The notes beneath the pieces were generated by a model that was not told the DNA's origin, searched no databases, and was given only the letters and a program-made list of their open reading frames with translations. From Histomonas meleagridis 2922-C6/04-290x (lineage: Eukaryota; Protista; Parabasalia): a stretch of 64,000 nucleotides of DNA. This document shows, piece after piece, positions 9,106 to 19,100 of the stretch. Each line of letters begins with the position of its first letter. Within the stretch, counting starts at the first letter, position 1. The stretch covers positions 62,001-126,000 of the forward strand of contig JAANOX010000059.1 in assembly GCA_020184695.1 (NCBI GenBank). Reading direction: 5' to 3'. The position numbers and the translations under genes are program-made.

Positions 9106-9545
9106 ATAATTATTAATTTGAACGTTTTTATTGGTGTTTTTCATCTTCCGCTGATCTCAGAGGAAAACAAATTTCGCTGTGTTTGTTTAGACATAAGTTG
9201 ATGAAGAATTTTCTTGTTAGCGAATTATAATGTTTTTGACATGTGACTTTCAGCAAAGATGAAATATGACCATAATTCGATGTAGAGAATTATTTGTTTG
9301 AATGTTTTTCTATTTTTATGTTTTGATTGGTGTTTTTCATCTTGGGGAGAGATATGCTCATAGAGACAAACCAATTTTGATGTGATGTATTTGTTTAACA
9401 ATAGCTTGATAAAACATTATTCATGCTTTTTAACGAATTATAATGTTTTTTACATGTGACTATCAGTAAATATGATATATAATCAGAATTTGTTATAGAG
9501 AATTTTGAATTTAAAAAAATTATGAATTTGAATGCTTTTTCTCAT
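9050..9545 (+). repeat. Degenerate ~200-nt tandem duplication of the gene end and 3' UTR
   Basis: ATTGGTGTTTTTCATCTT at ~9130 and ~9327; CGAATTATAATGTTTTT.ACATGTGACT at ~9222 and ~9434; ATCAGAATTTGTT at ~9059 and ~9482. Confidence 0.7.
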
Positions 9546-9844
9546 TTTTTGGATTTACTTCTTGATTTATTATTACTTTCACCTTACTCTTTACATTTGA
9601 ATAAATTCTTTTACCATTGGAACTTGTTTCTTTAAATGATTTATAATGAGTTCTATGTTAATTATATGTAAGTGTGAAAGTTATAGTTTGTAATGTGAAT
9701 GAACCATATATTTTTGAATTACCTCATTATATATATATATGTTATGCTTCATGCTAATATTTTTTTTCATAGGATTTGATTATATTTAGGCTTATCATTG
9801 TATACAATATCAAATATTCATAAAAATCGTATTTTTATTGATAA

Positions 9845-11719
9845 TTATATTTGTTCAATAAATTTTTCTTCTCGGAAATCTTCCGCGAATGGATCTTCTT
9901 CAATAGTTATATTACTTATTCCCGTAGTAAATGTATTCGTTGTTTCATTTTCATTATGTTCTGATTTATCATTTTCATAAATTACTTCTTTTTTATTTCT
10001 AATATGTTTCAATAATATAATTAATGATATGATAATAGCTATTACTATCACAATTACACAAACAGAAATGATAATAATTGTTGTTTTATTATCATTGTTT
10101 TGATTATTATTATCAGTGTAAAACATTGTAAAGAAATTGGAATAATAATTATAATAAGTCGAATAAATAACAACTGTATAACTGTAATAAATAAATTCTG
10201 TTTCAATATATGAAAATGCCGAATTGTTTATATATAATGAAAATGTTTTCGTTTGTGTTTCATAAATAGTTAATGAATGTGTAATTGATAATGTAATTGT
10301 TAATGTATATGAAAATGATAATGAAATATCACTTTGAAGTGATGAAGTAAATGTGTTCGACTGACTAATTGAACATAATTCTGAGAATGGAATTGAATCT
10401 GTTTGTGCATATATATTTGATTCAGTAAATGTATTCGACTGACTAAATGAACGTGTTGGAAGTGGTTCGCATGTTCCTTCTGTGTTCTCTTTGGCAACAT
10501 CTAAATTTCCAAATTTACTTCCAATGTATGTTGAATATGTGATAACACTTGTTGAAACATTAAAAAATGCACTTTCTCCAATACTTGGTTCTGAATCTCC
10601 ATAATAATAAATGCATCGAAGACTATAACAATTCCCAAATGCTGAATTTCCAATTTCTTTGATTCCATAGCCAAGTGTTAATATCGTTAAATTAGAACAT
10701 AATGAAAATGATGAACCACCAATTGTTGTGACTGAATTTGGAATTGTAATGTTTTTGATTGATGAACATGATGAAAATGCTGAACCTCCAATTGTTGTAA
10801 CATTTTCTCCAAAAATAATCGTTTCTAAATTAGAACATAAAGAAAACACATAATTCCCAATGTCTGATATAGAATTACCAAAATTAACTGAAACAACTGA
10901 AGGCCATTCTGAAAATGAACCACCTGGAATTGTATAAATATTTTCACTGATAATTATAAATTTCGTGTTATCTTGATATTCATTAATATCTTCAAATTCA
11001 TTTGTATTTATGATTAAAAGTGTTGAATTATGTTCATGAAATATTTGATAAGAATTCATGAAAAACATTACAAAAACAGAAATAAAAACAAAAATATTTT
11101 CAATTTTTTTCTTTTCTTTTACTTCCAATACATATTTGGTCGTCAATATTTTCTGAACCGAAATTGTATTTTTCTGATAAAATTTCATATAAATAACCGA
11201 AAATATCATTGAAAAAATGATGGTTAACTGAAGTAAAACATTTAAAATATTTGGTCCGACTTCGATATCGTTTTGCATCATCAAAAAACGTGAAGATTCG
11301 CGTTTAATCGAAGATATATCTTCATAAGATTTGTTAAAAGTTCTCATAAATATTCCATTTTTGACAAATATATCGATTTTAAAGTATTTTTTCAAAATGT
11401 TTGAAAAATATGATTGTGGAAATTTTTGTTTGTTATTAAAATCATGATGTACAATTGTTGCTGATTTATTGTTAAGCCTTGAATTTAAAGAAAATACCTT
11501 TATCAAAACTTTATAATTATTATTAAATCTTTTGAATTTTTTGATCATAATTTCATTAACTGAAACTTCTCTATCACATTGGTAAGTCAATCCTTCTTTT
11601 CTTTTGTCATTTTGTATTTGTAATATTTCTTTTTGAATGATATAAGGTGTAATAAGCTTTATATCGGTTATTAATCGTTTTGCCATGATCGAAATGCTGA
11701 ACAAAAGAAAGATTTTCAT
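9845..11719 (-). CDS. BspA-like (LRR_5) surface protein with Ser/Thr stalk, TM helix and DPF-containing acidic tail
   Basis: TpLRR repeats (CSNLETIIFGENVTTIGGSAF), SNTFT stalk, TM IIIISVCVIVIVIAIIISLIILL and tail EEDPFAEDF. The true start is uncertain; the LRR module begins near 11070. Confidence 0.85.
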   Translation of the reverse strand: MKIFLLFSISIMAKRLITDIKLITPYIIQKEILQIQNDKRKEGLTYQCDREVSVNEIMIKKFKRFNNNYKVLIKVFSLNSRLNNKSATIVHHDFNNKQKFPQSYFSNILKKYFKIDIFVKNGIFMRTFNKSYEDISSIKRESSRFLMMQNDIEVGPNILNVLLQLTIIFSMIFSVIYMKFYQKNTISVQKILTTKYVLEVKEKKKIENIFVFISVFVMFFMNSYQIFHEHNSTLLIINTNEFEDINEYQDNTKFIIISENIYTIPGGSFSEWPSVVSVNFGNSISDIGNYVFSLCSNLETIIFGENVTTIGGSAFSSCSSIKNITIPNSVTTIGGSSFSLCSNLTILTLGYGIKEIGNSAFGNCYSLRCIYYYGDSEPSIGESAFFNVSTSVITYSTYIGSKFGNLDVAKENTEGTCEPLPTRSFSQSNTFTESNIYAQTDSIPFSELCSISQSNTFTSSLQSDISLSFSYTLTITLSITHSLTIYETQTKTFSLYINNSAFSYIETEFIYYSYTVVIYSTYYNYYSNFFTMFYTDNNNQNNDNKTTIIIISVCVIVIVIAIIISLIILLKHIRNKKEVIYENDKSEHNENETTNTFTTGISNITIEEDPFAEDFREEKFIEQI

Positions 11720-12437
11720 GTTTCAGCTTGTAATATATTTCGGGCCCTCCACCAAATATATATATATCGGCTTTCACAAAAGTTTAAAATCTCACGGTTA
11801 AACATTAAAAAACCTGTTGTTTAATTGAAGTTTTTCAAATCGATTTTGAGATATTTGAATCGATTTTTTAAAAAGACAATCAAAGAAACGACTTTATAAC
11901 ATTATGAAGACACTTTTAAATAACATAATGAATATATGTGATAGAGTTGGATTTATGCTCTAATTTGATGTGCCGTTCACTTGTTAAAATTGATTCCATC
12001 ATGATAAAATTTCATCTTTCTTTAAAGCATTGAGAATTCTTTCATTTGATGATTTAAAGTCCCTTCATTATTTAAAATAAACATATTACATAAGAAGCTC
12101 TTCATGTACATAATCCCTTTCAATGTATCTTTGATTTAAACAAGATATTTTGCTTTTAAGGATAATGTATCCGAGTAATGTTCATTCAAAAGAGTCAACA
12201 TTTAATAGAAGTTAAAGCATAATTTGAAATCATTGATCATTTATTCAACAATATTTGCCTTGTTATATATAAAGTCAGTGATACTACTTAAACACTTCAA
12301 AATTAAATTTTTTTATTATGAAAACATTAAAAAGTCAGAATGACATCATCGTTAATATGATTACATTTTATTTTGTATAACAACAAAATAATTTTATATA
12401 TAAATAAAACAAAAATATTTATCATTACACAGTTTAT

Positions 12438-14088
12438 TCATAGCCAATTGTCTTCATCTTCTTTCACAATATCTTCAACTAAACTATTTACTTCTTCGAT
12501 TTGCTTTGTACTTGATGTTGTTGTATCCTTAAACTGTAACTTTGAAATCGATTTTTCTTTCTTATTATTACTTCTCACTAAAAATATAACAATTCCAACA
12601 ATGATCAAAACAAATGCAAATGATCCGCAAATAATTCCAATCAAAACATTTGTCGTAATTCCATTTGGCGAATTTTCATTGGAAGTATGAAACATTGTAA
12701 AGAAATTGGAATAATAATTATAATAAGTCGAATAAATAACAACTGTATAACTGTAATAAATAAATTCTGTTTCAATATATGAAAATGCCGAATTGTTTAT
12801 ATATAATGAAAATGTTTTCGTTTGTGTTTCATAAATAGTTAATGAATGTGTAATTGATAATGTAATTGTTAATGTATATGAAAATGATAATGAAATATCA
12901 CTTTGAAGTGATTCAGTAAATGTATTCGACTGACTAAATGAACGTGTTGGAAGTGGTTCGCATGTTCCTTCTGTGTTCTCTTTGGCAACATCTAAATTTC
13001 CAAATTTACTTCCAATGTATGTTGAATATGTGATAACACTTGTTGAAACATTAAAAAATGCACTTTCTCCAATACTTGGTTCTGAATCTCCATAATAATA
13101 AATGCATCGAAGACTATAACAATTCCCAAATGCTGAATTTCCAATTTCTTTGATTCCATAGCCAAGTGTTAATATCGTTAAATTAGAACATAATGAAAAT
13201 GATGAACCACCAATTGTTGTGACTGAATTTGGAATTGTAATGTTTTTGATTGATGAACATGATGAAAATGCTGAACCTCCAATTGTTGTAACATTTTTCT
13301 CCAAAAAAATAATCGTTTCTAAATTAGAACATAAAGAAAACACATAATTCCCAATGTCTGATATAGAATTACCAAAATTAACTGAAACAACTGAAGGCCA
13401 TTCTGAAAAATGAACCACCTGGAATTGTATAAATATTTTCACTGATAATTATAAATTTCGTGTTATCTTGATATTCATTAATATCTTCAAATTCATTTGT
13501 ATTTATGATTAAAAGTGTTGAATTATGTTCATGAAATATTTGATAAGAATTCATGAAAAACATTACAAAAATTAAAACATTTTTATGTTTTTTCTTTTCG
13601 TTTGTTTTCAATTTATTCCTAAAAAATTTGATTTCATATAATAAAAAAAATCCCAAAATAAAAAAGTTATAAATTAGAACTTGAACAGTTTCATTGAATT
13701 TGAACATTTTCTTCATGAAGTTATTTAATGAAATTGGTAAATGAGCTTTTATTGAAAAATGATTAAATACCAAAGGGAAGAATCTAAAATAATGTTTAAC
13801 ATATGATACCGGCAACTTTAGTAAAGAGAAATGATGCTGATATTCTTCTGTAATGATATTCGATTCATTCGCTTTTATCATAATAAAACTTGATTCTTTA
13901 ATGGATACACTCTCATTGTTATAGGTTGAGAATGGTAAATATGTATACCCTTTGGATTCCAAAGTAAGGTAAGGAGTGTGTTTGAGAGTTTGAGAAATAG
14001 ATAATTGATCACTAAAAATCTTTCTACCTGAATTTGGAAAGATTTGTAATAAGCAAAAGATGTGCATGGATAAAACAATAGAACACAT
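12438..14088 (-). pseudogene. Second BspA-like gene sharing the LRR-stalk cassette with 9845-11719 but with different N-terminus and TM/tail; one net frameshift near 13410
   Basis: 12690-13570 is near-identical to 10121-11075 apart from a 78-nt stalk deletion and homopolymer indels. ORFs 13378-14088 and 12438-13442 overlap in different frames. May be intact if the indel is an assembly error. Confidence 0.75.
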
Positions 14089-14989
14089 TTGCGAGAAAAC
14101 TTGAGGAACTTGCTAATAAATCAGTCAAGAACGATACAGAAATCTTCAACCGCGCCGCCTTTTTGCCAGTTCATTTGTATGACTTTCGTTTAGAAATGTT
14201 TTGTTGATTTAGCAATCGGAATATTTTCACAAAGCTGAAACATAATGTTCAAATTAAAAAGTGACGTCATATTATTTCATTTCAATTACCGGAAAGCCTA
14301 AAAAATGAGAGAAAATGATATTTATTGGCATATCGAACGGACTTTTGAAGGAATAACGCTCAAAAAGTTTCATTCAATGCAATTAACAATAGGTTTTCAT
14401 TGAATTTTGAATGCGCTTTCATTGAAAACAATCGACTTTATAGTTTCAACTGCTCTTGAACATGTATATTTTTTTTAAAATATAGTATATTTTGAATTTT
14501 TGAGAATAATAATATAATATCAACGTAAAAATTGTATTGACAAAAAAGAATCAAAAAAGAATGTAATAAAATTAATTTTTCGAAAAGAAAAGAAAATATC
14601 AAAAATATTCTATTTTTTATTCATCAAAAGGAATCTATTTAATAAATACTTAATCGAAAAAAAAAAAAGAATATAAGTGTACAAAGATAACTTTAAAAAC
14701 ATCGCAAAAATAATAAATATCAACATGAAAATATCCAAATTAAATAAATACTTAAACGAATACATTTGACAATCTTAGGTTTTAAAATTTGATTTTTGTA
14801 AATTTTAATATTTTTTGAGATAAGATATTAATAAAAATTAAATTTTCAAGATATCATTTCAATATTATATGGTTTAATTTTTTTATTTTTGATAAAGGAG
14901 AAAATTTTCATTAATTTTTGAGAAAATTATGTTTTAAGCAAAATTGTCAAACCAAAAAATTGAAAGCTTTTTGAATATCACAGAAAAAA

Positions 14990-15592
14990 ATGATTCAAGA
15001 TGATGAAGTTGAAGCACCCGAATTTCGAGCTAGGATTGTCTTCATTGGTGATTCTTACGTAGGTAAGACATCCCTAATCAACAGTTTTGTGTATTCAAAA
15101 TTTAATGACAAATATGAAACAAGTATTGGGGTAAAAACTGTTTCTTGCAAATATGATTATAATAACACTAAAGTTAGCATTAGCATATTCGATACAGCAG
15201 GGGATGAAAAGTATAGATCTCTCATACCACTTTACTATAAAGGCGTTCAAGCTTTTATTTGTGTTTATGATGTTACAAATAAAAATTCATTTAATAACAT
15301 AGGAGAGTGGCTTAAAGAAGTTGATGAGCGTGCAGATGAGAAAGACCCAATTAAATTCATTGTAGGTAACAAAATTGATTTATATAAAAATGATGGTTCT
15401 TGCGTATCGACAGGTGATGCATTAGATTATACAGATCCTATGGATTTGAAAACATATTTTACTTCTGCGCGTACAGGCGAAAATGTTGAATTGTTATTCG
15501 AAAATGTTTTTCAACTTATTTGTGAGAAAAAAATTTTTTCAACTGAAAGAAAACTTCCAGAAAAAGAAACAAAAGAAGATGCGTGCTGCTGA
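14990..15592 (+). CDS. Rab family small GTPase
   Basis: GDSYVGKT, FDTAGDEKYRSLIPLYYKG, GNKID, TSARTG and C-terminal CC. Confidence 0.95.
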   Translation: MIQDDEVEAPEFRARIVFIGDSYVGKTSLINSFVYSKFNDKYETSIGVKTVSCKYDYNNTKVSISIFDTAGDEKYRSLIPLYYKGVQAFICVYDVTNKNSFNNIGEWLKEVDERADEKDPIKFIVGNKIDLYKNDGSCVSTGDALDYTDPMDLKTYFTSARTGENVELLFENVFQLICEKKIFSTERKLPEKETKEDACC

Positions 15593-15820
15593 ATGTCAAT
15601 GCCAAATGTTTTTATTTATTTCGTTTTTCAATATGTGTTGAACATTTGAACAATTGGTCATTAGTTTCAATAAAAATATATAAAAATTTATTTCATTTGC
15701 ATTGCTATTGTCATTAATGTCTTTAAATGATTAAAATATTAAAAAATACTTTTTCATTTTGACTTAACTTCAAGTTCATGAATGAAAATTATTTAAATTA
15801 ATGACTTAGATTTATGATAT

Positions 15821-16432
15821 TTAGTTTATTACACATTTTCGTTCACTTTCATCATTATATGAAGGAGGTACATAATCCTTAGATGCAATGATTCGAAGTA
15901 CGGCTGGTAATACTTTTGAAATGTTTTTACCAGTCAAAGAAGAACATTCAATATATTCATATGCACCAATAATATTTTTAAGTTCTTCTCCACGTGAAGT
16001 TGGAACTATGTTATGATCTTCTTGATTATTTTCATCGCGAAGATCACTTTTTAACCCAATCAAAATACAAGGTCTTCTCTTCATTTTTGGGTTATCTTTA
16101 AGATATACGTCGCGAATATTTTGAAAAGAGTTTAGAGAAACAAGTGAAAAACAAAATATTATAACATCTATTTGGTAAATTGTGAATGGATCAAATTGTC
16201 CATAACCTGGTATTATGGCAAATTCATATCCACGAATAGCATATGGAATATTTTCGTACATAATGTTGAATTCATAACAATCAGGAGTCACTGCTTCGTT
16301 AATAATCATGAATTTGCCTTCAGTCAGCCGAAGCAAAAAACATGTTTTGCCAATGGCCATATCTCCAACAAAAAGAATTTGTGGTCTTCGGAGCTCAATT
16401 TCTTTACTGGCCGGAAACTTTCTTTCTTGCAT
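15821..16432 (-). CDS. Divergent Rho/Rac-like small GTPase
   Basis: GDMAIGKTCFL, IFCFSLVS..SFQNI, LIGLKSDLRD, YIECSSLT and CVIN CaaX. Start chosen at MQERK; an upstream in-frame ATG lies at 16534. Confidence 0.8.
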   Translation of the reverse strand: MQERKFPASKEIELRRPQILFVGDMAIGKTCFLLRLTEGKFMIINEAVTPDCYEFNIMYENIPYAIRGYEFAIIPGYGQFDPFTIYQIDVIIFCFSLVSLNSFQNIRDVYLKDNPKMKRRPCILIGLKSDLRDENNQEDHNIVPTSRGEELKNIIGAYEYIECSSLTGKNISKVLPAVLRIIASKDYVPPSYNDESERKCVIN

Positions 16433-16624
16433 AAAAAACCACAACTTTAAACGTCTTTTTATTTCATTGGATTTGTTTTCTCTTCCTACGTAAATTATAT
16501 TGTTAACAACTGACGTTTTAATCAAGAATTTCATTCACAACAACTCTGAGCAAAATAATTTTTATTTATTGATTTCTCATTATTCATTTCGTTAACATAT
16601 TATAAAATTACGAATCGAAAGAAT

Positions 16625-18247
16625 TCATTCTTCATCTTCTTCTTCCTCGTCGTCATCTTGTGGGTCGATTTGTTCCAACATTTCGTTTGTTTGTGCCTGC
16701 AACGCGTTTCGTATCGCCTTCATCACAGTCAATCCGTCGTATTCCGTTTCCTCGTCGAAGTTATCCCTTATCATTTGGTACACGCCGGACACCATTTGCT
16801 TTATAGTTCTCTGCATCAGCACAGGCATTGCCTTCTTCATCTTCTCGAGTTCTTTCGACATATCCTTCGACGCCTTTTGCTTCAGCATTTTGTTCTCGTC
16901 AAGCGCTCGTTGATATTCGGCTTTGATTTTGTTTACTTCTTCTTCGGCATTCTTCGCGTTCCATTCAAGTTGCTTACGTTGTTGCTCCAACTCTTGGAAT
17001 TGCTTTTGTTTCTCCTCTTCGAGTTGAAGATTTAGTTCGCTAAGTCGTTTCTCGGAATCGATTTTCGCCTTTTCGATTTGCTCGCGAAGTTCTTCGATTT
17101 GTTTGTTCAGTTTCTCCTTTTGGTCGCGCTTTTGTTGTGTCAACTGACGCTGCGCAGAAAGCTTTGAACTAAGTTCCGCTAATTGGATACGAAGCGCATC
17201 GCGTTCGCGTGTGTCCGAATGTCGTTCGCGTAATAAGTTAATGAGCTCTTGTTTCTCGGAAATGAGAACATCCTTGACTTGGTTCTCGTGAAGAAGGCGC
17301 TGAACAGAACTGACCAATATATCCGAGGAAAGAGGTATGTTGGAGTAGCCGACTTGCGTGCGGCGGAGTGAAGCGATCATTTGCGAGAGTTCGGTGAACT
17401 TGGCTTGCATCTCGTTACGGATGGATTCGAGCTGGGAATCGTACATTGGCTGTTGCTGTGGTGGCTCAGTTGGCTGAATGGATGTTTGTTGTGGTGGAAT
17501 TTGTGGTGATGATTGCGAAGGTTGTGGTGTTGGAGGCTGGGATTGGGGTTGTGGAGCTGGGGGTTCGGGATTTGGTGTCTTTGGCTTCTTTGGTTTGGGT
17601 TTGGGAGAGTCGGATTTGGGTGATTCAGATTGTGGTGTCGAAGATGTAATGGATGGGAGCTCTTTCTTCTCATAAATGGACTCAACTATGGCTATGACGT
17701 TGTTTGGATATTGTACTATAAACTTAGATCCAAAATGTCCACTTTTGATGATGGTGGTAAGTGGGGTGGAATCAGTAGATGAGATCTCAAAATTGTCTTC
17801 TTGCATAATAGGAGCTTCAATCTTTGGTTGGGTAAAGTCATAACAGCGATATTTAACATTTAATCGATCTGATCCATTCATTAAGGGACCATCAGATTGA
17901 ACTATACAAATAGGTTCTGGTGATTGTGCAAGCTTGGCAGAAAGTGCAATTGCAGTAAAAAGTTGACATTCTTGTGCATTGTCAAATAAAAGAAGAAAAC
18001 GTGCATTACGGGAATCAACATAAGAACAATATACATCATTTTGAATGACCCAGTTTATTTGTGGTGTAGCTGGACACATTGATATGGCTTGACGATTAGG
18101 ACCCATAACTAATATTATAATATTTCCGCTTTTACGAATAGCAGCAACAATGGTTTTACCAATTTGTTGATATTGATTTGTTTGTGGATTAAATGCAGAA
18201 ACTAAAACTGGTGAATTACGGAGATTTCCATCTGGAAGCGACGACAT
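16625..18247 (-). CDS. FKBP15: FKBP15/WAFL-like protein (WH1-like N-terminus, degenerate FKBP-like region, Pro-rich linker, coiled coil)
   Basis: QNDVYCSYVDSRNARFLLLFDN and C-terminal IKQMVSGVYQMIRDNFDEETEYDGLTVMKAIRNAL resemble, from memory, the two conserved FKBP15 blocks. First ATG at 18247. Confidence 0.55.
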   Translation of the reverse strand: MSSLPDGNLRNSPVLVSAFNPQTNQYQQIGKTIVAAIRKSGNIIILVMGPNRQAISMCPATPQINWVIQNDVYCSYVDSRNARFLLLFDNAQECQLFTAIALSAKLAQSPEPICIVQSDGPLMNGSDRLNVKYRCYDFTQPKIEAPIMQEDNFEISSTDSTPLTTIIKSGHFGSKFIVQYPNNVIAIVESIYEKKELPSITSSTPQSESPKSDSPKPKPKKPKTPNPEPPAPQPQSQPPTPQPSQSSPQIPPQQTSIQPTEPPQQQPMYDSQLESIRNEMQAKFTELSQMIASLRRTQVGYSNIPLSSDILVSSVQRLLHENQVKDVLISEKQELINLLRERHSDTRERDALRIQLAELSSKLSAQRQLTQQKRDQKEKLNKQIEELREQIEKAKIDSEKRLSELNLQLEEEKQKQFQELEQQRKQLEWNAKNAEEEVNKIKAEYQRALDENKMLKQKASKDMSKELEKMKKAMPVLMQRTIKQMVSGVYQMIRDNFDEETEYDGLTVMKAIRNALQAQTNEMLEQIDPQDDDEEEEDEE

Positions 18248-18429
18248 TTTGGTACCAAAAAAGTGACAAAATATTTTGTTGTAATAAATTTCTTCATTAG
18301 AACAAAAAATATTAAAAATGCAGATCAACAATAAGAAAAATTTTACGTAAGTAATGGAAAAAAACAATTTGTTTAATTTGTGAATTTATTAAGAATTAAT
18401 TTTTATTTTTGTGTAAAAAACAAGGTACT

Positions 18430-18972
18430 CTAATTGTTTGTTGTAGGGAATTTGATGAGAGCTAGTTGATTTTCATAAGTTTCTACTATATTATCTGGAT
18501 TATCGAATGCTACCATCAAAGCAAATACAAGCCTTTCTGATATTTCTGCAGTACTAGCATCAATAAAGATTCTACCATTCATACCAAAAACAACACGAAT
18601 TGGTACTTGAGTAATTTTTTCAAGTAATTTTAATTCTGTGATCATTTGTATTGCCTTGGGATTACACCTTAGAAGAGAGCCACCAACAAGTGCACCAAGT
18701 CTTTCTGCATTCGTTCTTGGTATACAATTTAATAATATTTCGCCCGATTCTGGAACTTCTTCAACATAAGCAGCAACCATTTCTCCTGGATTGAATTTTG
18801 GACATGTTTTTTTGGTAGCACCATCAAAAGCAAGTTGAGGTAATAATGCATTGTGTGAATATCCAATATTTACAAGCCAATCTTCATTTTGCCTTCTATC
18901 AATTATTCCAACTACAATGTCTTCTTTTTTAGGATGGTAAAAATAATTTGATTGAATGTAATTCACATTCAT
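18430..18972 (-). CDS. RRP40: Exosome cap subunit Rrp40
   Basis: PKKEDIVVGII, ALLPQLAFDGATKK..P...G and KH-like VFGMNGRIFI. Confidence 0.85.
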   Translation of the reverse strand: MNVNYIQSNYFYHPKKEDIVVGIIDRRQNEDWLVNIGYSHNALLPQLAFDGATKKTCPKFNPGEMVAAYVEEVPESGEILLNCIPRTNAERLGALVGGSLLRCNPKAIQMITELKLLEKITQVPIRVVFGMNGRIFIDASTAEISERLVFALMVAFDNPDNIVETYENQLALIKFPTTNN

Positions 18973-19100
18973 TAAATTTTTGGTCACAAGTTAGAACAAA
19001 AGTGCTAAACTTTAAGTGCCTTTTTGATACCTTAAAAATTAAATGAAGAAAAATATGTAATAATTTGTTAACAAACAAAAAAAAAAAAAAGGCAAAATAA

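Noticed and set aside
13290-13415. Homopolymer indels in BspA copy 2 (and the A5 run near 24960) as phase-variation switches
   Set aside because: The same kind of run-length differences occur between the two MULE TIRs, so long-read assembly error is the simpler explanation. It needs read-level polishing first.
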